A stretch of DNA of 64,000 nucleotides from the human T2T-CHM13v2.0 reference genome, Homo sapiens (GCF_009914755.1 NC_060948.1), one strand, 5' to 3'. Shown: positions 20,280 to 39,900, counted from the first letter of the stretch. Program-made: numbers and translations. The notes: generated by a model not told the origin, from the letters alone.

Positions 20280-21522
20280 AAATTCTAGTTATCAGTGGTG
20301 AGTGAGATTAGACAAAATGAGCAGAAATTGCTAGTTTCTTTTCACTTTATATCCTTCTGAATAGCCTGAAACTTTGTTTTAAACCGGAAGCATAAATTCT
20401 TTAGAAATCTTTAGTTTCTTGAAACTAAAATCATTAGTCAGCTCAACACCTTATCCCCATCCCCATCCTCTAAGTGAGGGGATTACAGTTAGATTGTTTT
20501 GTCACAGTCTGCATTCCATGCAGAAATCATCAGACCAAAATTTGTGAACATTAATGTTTACTCTTGGTGATGTAAACTTTATGGGTTTTGACAGTGGGTC
20601 ACTTTCATTCTCTTAACAGTGTCTTCCAGAGTGATGCTTTTAATTTCAATTAAGCATCTATTTGTTTTTTCATTTATCTTTTATATGTCATATATCACAA
20701 AACTCAGGACCACATAGACTTTCTCTTGCTTTTACCTGGAAATTTTATAGTTTTGCAATTTGCATTTAGGCTTATGGTTCATTTCCCTGCGTATGAATAT
20801 TCAATGGTTCCAGAACCACACTTTGAAAAGACTATCTTTCCTCTATTGAATTGCATTGCTCCATTGTTTGAAAAATCAATTGACAATATTTGTGTGAATC
20901 TATTTCTTGATTCTCTATTTCTGTTCCCATTGATGTATGTGTCTATTCTTTGCCAATTATAGATAGAATTTTAAGTTTCTAAAAGCAAAGGGCCAATGTC
21001 CAAATTTTCTTTCCTCATCCAAATTTTGTGCATATCACTATCTGTGTATCTTTATCTCTCAAAGGAAATATTAAGAGTGGGAAGAATGGGTGACTAGAAT
21101 CTAGGAGGTGAGTATTGTGACTATTCAACAGCTTAACATCCCCTGAGTGTGGGTATAGTAGGATAAGATAAGATCACAGGTGTCTGAGTCAGGGCACAGA
21201 ACAGAGTTCTGTACAATATATCTTCCTATAAGTTTTCTGTTGTTTAATTGGAAGCCACCACTTTTTAAAACAATTTTGTTTTACCGGAAACTATTTTATT
21301 GTTAGCTAAGTGTTCTATCCAGATTTTGGTACGAGGATGACTCATATGTTTCCTACTCATCATTTTTCTGACTTTCGGAAATTTTACCAGGATGCTAGGT
21401 AAAGCCGGTAAGGTTTGACAGTCAGACGTTTTTGTAAACCAGATATAGTCAGAGAGACTGTGTAAAGATGGAAAAACTATTTTTAAGGATAATGTAATAT
21501 AGTAAGTATATAGATTCTTTCA

Positions 21523-22055
21523 TGTTGGGGGCTCAGTCAGGCTGGTGGGAAAAATATTAGATAGTTATAGTAATAGCCACAAACCATCTTGGAAGGTCAG
21601 AGAGTTAGCATAACTTCAGTTATAGATATGGTTGAAGGTGACCTGCTTTACCTTTAGTTAAATAAATTAAAGTAATAACAAATGAATGTGGCGAAGTTAT
21701 CTAGCTAGCTTGTTTACTCACGTGGTCTTAAGACTAACCTTTGATATACCATGTGTGCTTAAGTGCTTTCCACTCGCGAAGTCCACAATGTCAATTACCC
21801 CCTAGTTTCACTGACTCAAGTCTTTGTCAATTAAACTTTACCGATAAATGCGAGTCTCAATAGCTGGTCAGGGCCACAGTTGCAACTGTTCACAAAGCTC
21901 TACTGGAGTCTGTAAGTGGCTCAGAAACCCAGCTTCGGCTGGACTGGCAATGCAGAATATCTGTGTGTCAGTGTACTTCATGCATCCATTGTGGGGTCAA
22001 ATGTCTGCAAAAGACAGATCCTCGAAGCTGGTGTCACCATGTAAAAAGTGCTACA
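21523..22055 (+). mobile_element. Solo LTR, LTR22-like (HERV-K HML-5)
   Basis: TG...CA termini; the start TGTTGGGGGCTCAGTCAGGCTGGTGGGAAAAAT resembles LTR22. Confidence 0.7.
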
Positions 22056-22059
22056 AGAG

Positions 22060-22597
22060 CTTCCTTTATTTTCTTTCTTTATTTTTTCCTTCCTTCCTTC
22101 CTTCCTTCCCTCCTTCCTTCCTTCCTTCCTCCCTCCTTCCCTTGCTGCCTTCCTTGCTTCTTCCCCTCTTCTTTCTTTCTTTTCTTTTCTTTCTTTCTTT
22201 CTTGTCTTTCTTTCTTGTCTTTCTGTCTTTTTTATTTCTTCTTTCTTTTTCTTTTTTTTCTTTTCTTTTCTTTCGTTTTTTTTTTTTTTTTTTTTTTTTT
22301 TTTTGGTGGGGAGTAAAATGGCATCTAGTTGTGTCACCCAGGCTGGAGTGTAGTCATGTCATCTCAGCACACTACAAACTTCACTTCCCAAGTTCAAGTG
22401 GTTATCATGCCTCAGCCTCAAGAGTAGCAGGGATAAAAGGCACTTGCCACCACACCTCACAAATTTTTGAATTTTTGGTAGAGATGGGGTTTCACTGTTC
22501 TGCCCAGGCTGATTTAAAACGTTAGACCTTCAGTGGTCCTCCTCCTTCAGCCTCCCAAACTCCTGGGATTGCAAGCATGAGGCATTGTTCCTGGCCC
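22060..22597 (-). mobile_element. Alu with an expanded (TTCC/TTTC)n tail
   Basis: Pyrimidine microsatellite 22060-22302, followed by an antisense Alu. Confidence 0.85.
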
Positions 22598-22687
22598 ATA
22601 CATTATTCCTTAATATCACTTGAAGCCATACATTTTCTTTTGAAGTAACAATTAAGTAATAGATACCTGCTATATACTTTAGAATTA

Positions 22688-22868
22688 TGCTGTTCATTAT
22701 GGTAGTCACTGTGCATATGTAGCTAATTAAATGTAAGTTAAAAATTTATTCAGTTATATTAGCTACATTTCAGTTGCTCAATAGCCACATGAGACCAACA
22801 GTTACCACATTAAACAGTATAGATAAAGACATCTCCACCATCACAAAGAGTTACTCTGGATCATGCTT
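22688..22868. mobile_element. MER3-like DNA transposon remnant
   Basis: gctgttcattatggtagtcact...agctacatttcagttgctcaatagccacatg motif. Confidence 0.6.
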
Positions 22869-23800
22869 AGAGCACAGAATATAGAATCACTTACCATACT
22901 GAATTTCAGTAGGGATGGTCTAGTGTGCAGGCAGCCTAGAAAGTCTTGTTGTTCAATTTGTGTATCTTCTGCTAACATTATTACAATGAAACTTGGCAAT
23001 TAAGTCACGGAGTCAATGGCTGGCAGAAAGTATGTACTCAAATGATTAAGTTCTGAATCAATGGATGAATGAATAAATGTCTCTGTCAGGATGATAGAAA
23101 TGCATGCAACAGACAAAATCCCAAGGGGGTAGCAACACAAAAAGAATATTACTAATTCACAGATTATTTTAAAAGACCTAAGGGATAACTTAGAATAAAG
23201 TGCAAGTTGCCAGCTTATGTTTATGCTACAAAGCCCATTATCAAGTCTAACCAATGATCTGGAACCCACAGTAGTTACAAACTTCATAAAAGTTTTATAT
23301 AAAGGCCAAAATTTAGTCAACTAATCAGATCTGTGCAAACATTTAAGAATAAAAGTAATATTACATATTACTAAACATGTATTTTCTTCTTTAATGACAT
23401 ATTAATACATTTAATACTCTATCAGTTGTACATGAGAGGCATACTTAGTATACAAGACAATTGGCTTAAAAGTCAGTTTTTTGAGGGTTTTTTTTTTTTT
23501 TAGAAATGTTCCCAACAGTGGATATTTTTACAAACAGTATCTTTCAGTGTCTGTAGGACCCTTGGTACTGTCTGAAGTTTTCTTATTTGACTATATAAAA
23601 GTTATTACAAAAATGAAAATATGGGAACTGCAGAACATGTGAACTATTGTTTAAAAAGTAAGATATGGTCAGCAGGAAAAACATGTAATTTAAATGAACT
23701 TAAATTCCTTACTCTTCTTCCTCAAAATTAGCTTAATTCTTTTATAAGAAAAAAGTACTAGAAAAATTTTGCAATAGTTTACAAAGTTGCATGCTTCTAC

Positions 23801-23831
23801 CTTTTTGATTTTCTTTATGAAATCCTGAGAC
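23801..23831 (-). pseudogene. OFD1P: OFD1 pseudo-exon 5
   Basis: 31 nt, VSGFHKENQK, flanked by cag and gtag. Confidence 0.9.
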
Positions 23832-23916
23832 CTGTTAAAAAAACCATTTTACCTTTATAAAGCTATTCACTTATCATTAACAAACCAAAGTAGATTATAG
23901 AAACTAAGTAATCTAA

Positions 23917-23985
23917 CAATGATTTGTAGAAACTGGAAGTAGGGTGATTTTTTATTGAGTGTAATCAATACTGCAAAGTAAATAC
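23917..23985 (-). pseudogene. OFD1P: OFD1 pseudo-exon 4
   Basis: 69 nt, VFTLQY*LHSIKNHPTSSFYKSL; donor mutated. Confidence 0.9.
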
Positions 23986-24598
23986 CTTAAAAAAATAAAA
24001 GGTTACTAATCAGACATAGTTTTATAGCAGTGTTTAAATGAAACAATATAATATGTTTATGAATATGAGATTAAGAGACAACTTTCAGAAAAAATAAGAT
24101 TATGACCATGCTAACAAAGCAAAATTAAAGCTCTTTCTTACACTGTTAAATTACAAATCATATTGAGGTCAAAATAATAAAAAATTTTTCTTGATCATGT
24201 ACTTAACCTCTAAGTATTTCACATCAAAGGTCATTCAGTTACAATTTTTTAAAAGTAGTGTTTAAAAATGTAAACAAACTAAATTTTCACTGTCCTTAAA
24301 ATCATAATTAAACTGCACTTACAATACTGTTAAACAGACATTTTGGACAGCTGTTTATATATATTCCTACTGCAGTATGTATCAGTAATTATGTCAACTC
24401 TGAGAACACTGACGTGTTTTCAGCTGGATTTCCTTTAAAGAAAATATTTGAGTGGGTAATTTATATTAGCAGAAGCCATTAAGTTGTTTGAGTGGGATTA
24501 ATTCCTGTTATAACCATTATACAATTGGTAAATACACAATAAGTAGAAGTATAGAGTGATTAGAAAGTTAGAGAAAGATGTATCAAAAATGAATTTCA

Positions 24599-24880
24599 GG
24601 CAAGGCACAGTGCCCCACAGTTATAATTACAGCACTTGGGCAGGCTAAACGGGCAGAATACATGAGCTCATGATTTGAAACAACACTCACCACCATACAA
24701 AACCCAGTCTACCAAAAAAAAAAAAAAAAAAATAGCAGAAAGTGGTGTGCACCTGTAATCCCAGCTGCTTGAAAGTGTGTAGTAGTATAATTGCTTGAAT
24801 CTGGGAGCAGATGTTGCAGTCACCTGAGAATATGCCATTGCACTTCAGTCTTGATGACAGAGCGAGACCCTGCTTCTAAA
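24599..24880 (+). mobile_element. Highly diverged Alu
   Basis: Dimer with an A-rich linker. Confidence 0.8.
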
Positions 24881-24984
24881 AATTAAATATGTATACAAAT
24901 ACATTCATATTGCCGGTAAGTAAAATTTGGTTGCTCATGAAGAAACTCAGCATACTTAAAGTTTTCATTCAAATACTGTACTAA

Positions 24985-25275
24985 GGCCAGGCATTGTGGC
25001 TCACATCTGTAATTCCAGCACGTTTGGAGGCCGAGGCAAATGGATTACTTGAGATCAGCAGTGTGAGACCAACCTGGCCAGGATGGTGAAAACCCACCTC
25101 TACTAGAAATACAAAAATTAAACAGGTGCTTGGGCAAGTACTTGTAATCCCAGGTACTTGGGAGACTGAGACAGGATAATCACTTGAACTCGGGAGGTGA
25201 AGTTTGCAGACCAAGATCATGCCACTGCACTCCAGCCTGAGCAACAGAGTAATACTCCATCTCAAAGAAAATAAA
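24985..25275 (+). mobile_element. Alu
   Basis: Full dimer. Confidence 0.9.
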
Positions 25276-25299
25276 TATGATACTAAGCTTCTCGTGTTC

Positions 25300-25590
25300 T
25301 TAAAACTTTGGAATAGGAAATCTTTATATAATTATAGACAACATAAAGAAAGTAAAAAATATATACACACCACCAAGAGTGAAATTTAATGTTAACTATA
25401 GATTTTGGGCAATAATGACATGTCAAGGTAGTTTTATCAATTGTAGCAAATGTACCACCTTGATGCAAAATGTTGACAGTGGGAGAGACTGTGCATGTGT
25501 AGGGGCAGTGGGTGTGTAGGAATTCTTTGTACATTTCCATCAACCTCACTGTGAACTAAAAACTTCTCTGAAAAGCAAAGTCTATGAAAC
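25300..25590 (+). mobile_element. Old L1M 3' end fragment
   Basis: taatgttaactatagattttgggcaataatgacatgtc...ctgtgaactaaaacttctct. Confidence 0.7.
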
Positions 25591-26192
25591 ATGCACACAC
25601 ACTCACACACACATGCACATATATTTACAGGGAAAAGTTTGCTGCATCTACCTTTAAAATAATAAAGTGGGATGAATGTTCACAATAACGATGAAGAAAT
25701 ATAGTTAAATAATTAGAAATATACTAAAAATAGAATGAAAGTCTTTTTATTATTTGGAAACTTTACAGGTTTTAAGAATTAAATCATTTAAGTTACTTAA
25801 TTCACTTCTCCACAGCCTGGTTCCTCATCTGTGACAGACAAAACATCTGTTGTGTGTATATCACAGTGCCAAGCTCAGAGCAGACATTCAGCAGGTTGGC
25901 AGAGTCTTATCAAACAACACAGAATATAGATAAATCAATTTTAGCTCTTAAACATTTAGAGATTGTAGATCACAATTTTACCAAAGACTAAATATGATAC
26001 CAAGAAATCAATTTCAAATTTACTACCCACTTGTTATATAACAAATGCATCATATGCAGGTACAATGTAAACTCAAAGAGGAATGAGAAATGGACCTAGT
26101 TTAAAAGCAATCCACTATAATGCAGCATGTTACAGTCAGCGAAGAAGAAACTGTCAATAAAAAGTTCAGAAACAGAAAAGGAAATATGTTAG

Positions 26193-26392
26193 CTTTTATT
26201 TTGCTGAACAATTTCTGGAAATAAAACAGAAAGTGAATAGTCATAGCAGCATCTTTGTAAGTTATCAGCCACTAAAGAGTTAGAGGCTGGTAGTAAGAGG
26301 GAGTTCCTTTGACATGAAATGGACTGAGGTTGCAATTCTCCATTCAACACAGGGTGCAACCACTCATGAATTAGCTGGTTTTGAGTTTGCGT
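26193..26392 (-). pseudogene. OFD1P: OFD1 pseudo-exon 3 (LisH region)
   Basis: [60 protein letters not shown] (ORF 26189-26407). Confidence 0.96.
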
Positions 26393-26405
26393 CTTGCAAG
26401 AGAGC

Positions 26406-26662
26406 AAGGAAGGAAGGAAGAAAGAAAGAAAGGAAGAAAGAGAAGAAGGAAAGAAGGAAGGAAGGAAGGAAGGAAAGAAGGAAGGAAGGAAGTGAGGGAG
26501 GGAGAAAGGAAGGAAAGGAGAAAGGAAGAAAGAAGGAAGGAAGGAAGGAAGGAAGGAAGGAAGGAAGGAAGGAAAGAAGGAAGGAAGGAATAAAGTGAGG
26601 GAGGGAGAAAGGGAGGAAAGGAGAAAGGAAGAAAAAAGGAAGGAAGGAAATAAAGAAGGAAG
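26406..26662. repeat. Complex (GGAA/GAAA)n microsatellite
   Basis: Seen directly in the sequence. Confidence 0.97.
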
Positions 26663-27699
26663 TCAGGCAAGGGAAAAAAAAACTCAGTACGATTGTCTCA
26701 GAAGAGATATACCAGATGTAGTACATTCATTAGACAACTCCCTTTTATTTCCATAATGTTTCTAGATCCATGACCAGAAATTAGGAACCCTCCCCTGCAC
26801 AAGTGAGAAAAGAAGGCCAGTGTGTTCTAGAAAAATATTTCTTTCCTCAGCTTCCACGTGAAACTGGTGGTTAACCAGACCCATTTGCAGACTCTTCACT
26901 TCACTTCCCTAGAAACCCATTTCACCAGCTTACACTTGGGATATGAAGTATAGGAAAAAATTCTGCCAGTTCATCACACCTTGTGGAATGCTGGAAAATA
27001 TAACCAAAATATTCAACAACAAGGGACTGCTATGTATGTTACAAAAATTTCCAAAGATCAGCCTGTTGCCACTAAGAAGGGGCATTTCAAGAAACTTTTA
27101 AGGAAACAGAGAAATGCTCACACCATATAATTTAAATTTCAAGCGGATATATACAGAGCATATATACATTTTTAAACGTAAAATATGCCTTTGAAATGCA
27201 TATTGCAATGAAAACACATTGAGCTAACCCAATTCCTAGCTGTTAATCCAAATATAAACTATACTACCAGATATGTGCTGCTCAAAGGAAATATTCAGGC
27301 ATTTCACTATAGTTTAAAGATGAAAGTATTCGTTCCCCAAACTATTAAAATAGTACACTAGTATTTTCTATATAGTGTTAATGTCCCTCATCCAAATGTA
27401 TTACAAACCCTTTTGTTAGTTTAGGAACCTGTAAGCCAATTTATAAAACAGGCCCAATCTTATTAAAATGTGATCATTACACAAATGCTTTCTACTCCTT
27501 ATTGTCATCTCAATTATTTATTTGAATATTCTCCTTTAATGTGACTCAAATGCAACATTTTCTCAGTGGTTTCAAAGAGACTGTAATATTTCATTATAGA
27601 GTATCAAAACTGAAAATCACTGGGTGAATTTAAATGTGAACTACCTGTTACAGGTTACACTTTTAAAAGATATGGAACAGATAAACCTAAATCCGACAC

Positions 27700-27798
27700 T
27701 TTGAGTGTGCCCAGTACACCCCAATCCTTCAACATTTGGTGTCGTTTTTTGCACAGCTCATCTTAACTCAACACATCACACATAGGGAGCAAGTTGGA
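27700..27798 (-). pseudogene. OFD1P: OFD1 pseudo-exon 2
   Basis: 99 nt, SNLLPMCDVLS*DELCKKRHQMLKDWGVLGTLK, flanked by tag and gt. Confidence 0.93.
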
Positions 27799-28844
27799 CT
27801 AGAAGACAAAATGGTTACAGCTTACCTGGGGGGTAGAGGGAAGGTGGACTACTGAAAAAAGACCAGTGGCCTCTGGGGAAGCCCCGAATGTCCTAGTGGG
27901 GAAAGAGGTTTTAAGGAACATCAAGGAGACTTCATTTCCACCTGTCCCCGATGAAGGGCAGTTGTGTATTCCTGAGTCATCAGGTGCCAGCTTTCTCCCA
28001 TCGTCAGCTTCCTCCCAAGTCTCCTCACTCACCCGGCCATATATATAACCGTCCAATTCTAAATTTAAAACCGCCAGCTGTGCCTTGATTTTCTTTATAA
28101 AATGTAGTTCTGTGTAGCTACCTCCTCAGGGCCTCTGGGACAAGTGTTCCTTGGAGATTCTTCAAAGGACCCTATTTAAAGCAATGGAAAAATTGAGCAG
28201 ACCATGAATACACACTCATGCCAATGCAGGTATGTCAGTCATGGCAGCTGTGCCTTGATTTCCTTTATAAAATTTGTCATTCATTAGCAAGTACATATCA
28301 TGTTTCTTCTGATTTCATTGTGTGTATGTGAATCAGCTGAAGGCCCGGTGAGGCTTCATGAGACTTGTCTTCTAACCCACCTCAGATGTATCTTCCAGGG
28401 GTTTGACTAACTCCTTGTTTACTCAATTTCCACCCCATGTTGAGAATTTTACTAGTCACCACATATCAGTATGAATTTGGCCTTCCATGTTATTCTAGAT
28501 AATATTAATTGAGCATGTCCTGTGAGTCAGACATTGTGCTGGGTACTTTACTGGAAGGTGTTACAAAGTTACCACTATTCCATAAAGGAGAAGACCAACA
28601 ATAGATGATGGGCTCCCTCTGGTCACATTGCAAGTAATTAGCAGAGCTATCTGGAACCTAACTTCCTTGGATTTTAAATCCCTTGTGTTAAAAGTACACA
28701 CAGTTGGGTTACCATTGATTATATCCACCCACGTTCCCACCCATCCATTATTCATCTATATTTTAATTATCTGCACTAGAAGAAATGAAATCGCTTATAT
28801 TTTCCCCAGTTTCTCATAGATTTATTTCTTTTGTTAATCTGTTA

Positions 28845-29140
28845 TTTTTTTTTTTTTTTTTTTTTTTTTTTGGTCAGGGTATTTCAGCTTACTGCTGCCT
28901 TGAGCCCTGCTGGGATCAGGTGATTCTCCCCTGTCAGACTCCAGAGTAGCTGGGACTACAGGCACACACCAACTCACCCAGCAAGTTTTAGTATTTCTGT
29001 AGAGATGTATTTTTTGTAGAGATGTATTTCTTCTTTCATGTTGTTGCCTTGGCTGGTCTCAAACTCCTGGGCTTAATCAGGCTGCCTGCCTCAGCCCTCC
29101 AATGTGCTGGAGTTACCGGCATGAGCAATCACACCTGCCC
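28845..29140 (-). mobile_element. Diverged Alu
   Basis: Poly(T) followed by an antisense dimer with a small internal duplication. Confidence 0.8.
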
Positions 29141-29848
29141 CAATCTGTTAAACTTAGTTTTAAGATCTCTCAGTGCCTCAGAATGTTTTCCTTTATGGAT
29201 TATTTATTCCATCTTTTATAGAATACGAAACTTTCTTTCTTAGAAATTGGCGTATGACGAGGCATATCATAGTCTCTTTTATTAGCAAAGACATATATTT
29301 ATAGCACACATAGTTCAGGGAGAAAGAAGACAAATGGAGCACAAAGGGCTACATTGCCTCTCTTTTCTCGGTGAGTGACATGAGGGACAGTTGGTTTTAG
29401 CTTCCGCCAACGGATGTCTTATGGAAATTTCTAAGGCAAGCTAATTAATTCCTTCATCTTCTCACCACTCTATGGTCCTTAACTTACCGTCTACCTCTGT
29501 TAAGCTTTTTTTAAGTGTCAGTGCTTCTGCTAACGGGTCCAGTCCAAGTGAAGCCTAGCTTACTCCACCAGACACTCAGGATCCCTTGAGCTGAATGTGC
29601 CGTGCTTTCAGATCATGAGAATGTTGTCTGTGATTTTATCTCAGAGATCTTTTAGTTTTCGTATGGAAACACATAAGATTCTACAAGAAATACCACAGTT
29701 ATATGCTTTGTTTATTCCAGAAGCCACATATCTTCACTAGTATGCGGGAAATGGTGACAAGTTTAGTGGCATCATTCAGGTTTAAGTTAGAAAGCAAAAC
29801 AGAAGAATTTTACACTTCTCATTAGTCACATTTAAATTTCAGTATTGA

Positions 29849-33014
<3,166 letters not shown>

Positions 33015-33509
33015 GTAAGGCATGTTCTATAATTTTTAAATTTTAAAATCTGATGATAGAATAAAGGATTCAATTTCTGTCAGGAAACTGGCCTTTTCAA
33101 GTAACTTCCTTACGCTGCACAGCTTACCTTTCAGAGGGCCTTTTCTCATCAGAACTATCTCTGTCAACTCCCTTGGCAAGCAAGTCTTCAGAGCCAGTCA
33201 AATGGGTATTTAGGAACACAACTTATGATAGTAATTAGTAGAATATTCTGGAGGCAAATTGTTTTTATATTTTCCCTCTTAGTGTTCATAGTTGATTTTA
33301 TTAGCGAACTCTAAAGAGAGCAAGGAAGCAGCCTATATAAGGGAAAACTAATTAAAATTTAATCTGAAATGTTTCCATCTGCTTTCAAATAAGTTGCTGT
33401 GCTATTAATAGAGATCATGAACTGGCAGGAATTGAGTTTTCCATGATCAAATACTCAATCTAGAATAATGGTGCCACTTGTTTATTTGGTTTGTTTGTGA
33501 TTTTATTGC

Positions 33510-33787
33510 TGTTGTTGTTGTGATGAAGTCTCGTTCTGTTGCCCAGGCTGGAGTGCAATGGAATGATATTTGCCTCACGGTTTCAAGTGTCTCTCCTGGC
33601 TCAGTCTCTGGAGTAGCTGGGACTACAGGCCCCAACACCATGTGTGCTGAATTTTTGTATTTTTAGTAGAGACAGGGATTCACCATGTTAGCCAGACTGG
33701 TCTCAAACTCCTGACCTCAGGTGATTTACCCACCTCGGCTTTCCGAAGCCCTGAGGTTACAGGTGTGAGCCACGGAGAATGTCCTAG
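33510..33787 (-). mobile_element. Alu
   Basis: Antisense dimer. Confidence 0.88.
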
Positions 33788-34196
33788 GTGGTTGATTTTA
33801 ATGTAACAATCCAAAAATAAATGTCAGAGTCAAGATTTGGTAGATAGATTTAAAACTAACATATTCTGCAGCTGGGAATGAAATGTGATAGCACATACAT
33901 TCACAGTAATTCATTTATACATTTAGAGATGTTATAAAAATGTATAGGCAGTATACACAGCAGGAGTCAAGAAGCCAAGGAAACATGTGTGCTGTGCTAA
34001 GTGTTGCATATATGCTTCTGCCAGTGGCTAGGAATAGTGGTCCTGCTGATGATTTCCTTTCCCTCAGAGAGTAAACCGTTGATACTCATACTTGCAAAAA
34101 GTTGTAAGGCAGTTTTTAGGAGAGTTGCCAAAGATAATCCAGGATTACATTAACATTTGTGCTCAGCCATTTAGATGTGTCAAAAGCCTCTATTTA

Positions 34197-36957
<2,761 letters not shown>

Positions 36958-39900
36958 AAAGGCCTCTATTTAAAGCAATTTTAAAAAGTTTAGCAGACCA
37001 TGAATACACACTCATATCAAGATAGGTACTTTGGTCACAGCAGTTGCTTTATTTGTATTATATATTGGAATTCTCAGTAATGCTTGTTTTGTAGGTGAAG
37101 GGAAGTCGGAGGAAGTCACAGAACCTTTATAAAACTTTTGGAATTGGCCTGTACATGGTGGATCATGCCTGTAATCTCAGCATTTTGGGAGGCTGAGGTG
37201 ATACACCAGTAAAGGCTGGCAATGGTCTCCTTGTTTCCTATAATGTCTTACTTTAAAATAGGCAATATCCATTGAATATCAGGTCATACAGCCTGTGCTA
37301 ATGGTGAGCACTTGAACCATTTTGTTCCATTCTGAATTATCTTTAAGCGAGTAATTGCCAATTTTTGTCTTGTGTCCTTGTGTGAAATAGCTACCAACAT
37401 TTTTACCCTACTTATTTGATTTTTAAAATAAACATGTTTGTTCAAGATTGTTTAAAATGAATGTTTGTTCAAGATTAATTTTTTAAGTGCTACCCAAAAC
37501 AGTTGTTTTTGTCCTATTTCCCCTGTTAGTATTGTGCAAACTAATATGATTTCTTAACCTGTTATACAGCACTCATATTGAAACAAACCAAATTCCAGAT
37601 CTGTGGGTGCAGAAAAATGTAAGACACATCTGGAAATCTGGGAGTCATTTCAACAAACATGTAATTTTCCATACAGATTTTTCTGCCCTCAATGAGCATA
37701 TAATCCCAAGGGTTATGTTGAAATCCAGCCAAAAGCAGCAGGATGAGTGACAGCAGGAAGATGTGGCTCAGCTGCACAACAGTGGCACATTGATAAGAGT
37801 CTTTTTTCCACACTAATGAAGTTGAGGTAGACACTAGTAATCCAAGTCCTGGGTGTGTATGAGTAAAGTTAAGTGACAAATTTCATGTGTGACAAATTTT
37901 TTGATGGAGCTGGAAGGAAAGTGGAGCATTAAGTAGGACCTTCAATGTGGGCTACAGATAAAAGTATTGCAGGCATGAAGGTTTGAAGGAGAGCACTCCT
38001 GGGGGCACATGGGTAGAACTGTTAGCTGATTGATAGGAGCTGATCATGAGGAAAGATAAGCTGGCAAAGCTGGGATCTTGCAGTAGATTTCCCTTGAAGG
38101 CTCCTTAACATAAGAACAATGAAATGAAATCAGTCTTAAAATCAGGCTCCCCTTAGCATGTGTATGTTAGTACTGAGTTGTTTATCTGCTTTCGTACTCC
38201 AAAAGTGATCCAGAAGAAATGTGCATATGAAGTTTTTTCCTCTTGCTATAGCCAGAAACTTCCCAGGATACTTCCTTTGGCATGGACATAGATACTGTCA
38301 ATCCCTGTTTTGCCCATGCTGTACTTGTGATCTTTAACTTTTCAGTCACTTTAACACTCCCTGGTTGTCAGTCCAGAGTTCCAGAAAGCACTGACTGCCC
38401 AGATTCCACCTTTCGCTGGGTACCACACTGGTGTGTTTCCCTACTTATCAGTTTACTACTCTACATGACATGTTTATTGTGAGAAAACTTACATGGTGGT
38501 GTCATAATATAAAAGTGAAAACAGGTTTGTACAGAAACATAAATAGTTTTCTTCTAAGACAAGAAACAGTATAAATATTTTATCTTCAGCTAGGAAACTT
38601 TTCCCAATGATGAAAATTAACAAAAATATTTATTTGATTGTAATGGAATTGTAATTTTCTATCCTCTACTCAGCACATTGTAATTGTTACAGAAGTTATT
38701 AAATGTACATTTGTCTATTCTCCAAGTTCTGTAGTTAGCCTTTTTCTATAATCCGAACTTTCTCTATGGAAAAGCTTTCCATTCATAGCTCAAGTCTAGC
38801 TAAATATATGACATAATGTATGGAGCAACTTCTGCACCACTGGGAACCACACTTCCTTCAAACTATGGAGCATCATCTCTGGTTCTTCTGTCCAAGGTGG
38901 CTCTGCAGCTGCTTCTCACTGCTCCTGCTGCTACACTCAACACCTGCTTTGTTCTTCTATCATTTTCTATTGTATTTTTTATTAAATATTTCCAGATGGC
39001 AATATTGAGTGAGGCCAGGAAGAGAAATGTTTTGATGTAATTTTTCAAAACTCCCCTCCCTATGTGAAAGCCACCTCCCCTCACCCAGCATGTCCTTTGA
39101 TACCCCCATCACTCCCCAGTTGCAGGTCTCATCCACATTCATTCCAAGCTTCAGTTAACTTCCATAGAATCAGATAGTCACCAATTGCACAGAATATGAA
39201 CATCCACAAGAGGCCACAATTTGCTTTATCAAGTCTGATCATTGCAGCAAGGATTTTTTTGAAACAAACACAAAAAACCTCGAGAGCAATTCACTAAACA
39301 ATGTTCCGTATTAGAGGAGACACTAAGTAAATACATGGCCTAATAAAGATGTCTTGATTCACCCTCTGACAAAGTACAATCCTTCTTAGTATTTCCTTTG
39401 AAAGTGATAAAATTAGCTTGTGTCTTGTGTTAAAAAGGAATGGATTAACTTGAACTAGAAGACTTTCCAGAGGGGTCAAGAATGTGACACAAATATTAAC
39501 TATCCCATTAGTGGAATTGTCAGTTTGTATCCTCCACACACACGTTATAATTGTTAAATCAGTTATCAAATGCAAATTTGTCTTTTCTCCAAGTTCAGTA
39601 GTTAGCCTTTTTCTGAAAACTGAACTCTGTATGGAAAGATTTTTTAGTCATAGACAGCTCGAATTTAGCTGCGTGTGTGACAGACTGTATGAAGCAACTC
39701 TTTTACTACTATTGGCCCTTCATCCTCCTGGGGCTGTGAAACATGATCTATTGTGGTAGAAGTTCATTAATGGCACACAAATGATGAGTAATTGCTAGCG
39801 AGAGTAATCCTAATGATATGTAGAATGAAAATAAAAAATGTGAAGTAATTTTGGAAAGGATAAAGAAGTAAATTAAATAAGAATGCATTGCAAATACATT

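Noticed and set aside
21848-22525. Long F/L/S- or K/E/R-rich ORFs (also at 26314-26726 and 57282-57945)
   Set aside because: Translations of microsatellites and Alu sequence, not genes.
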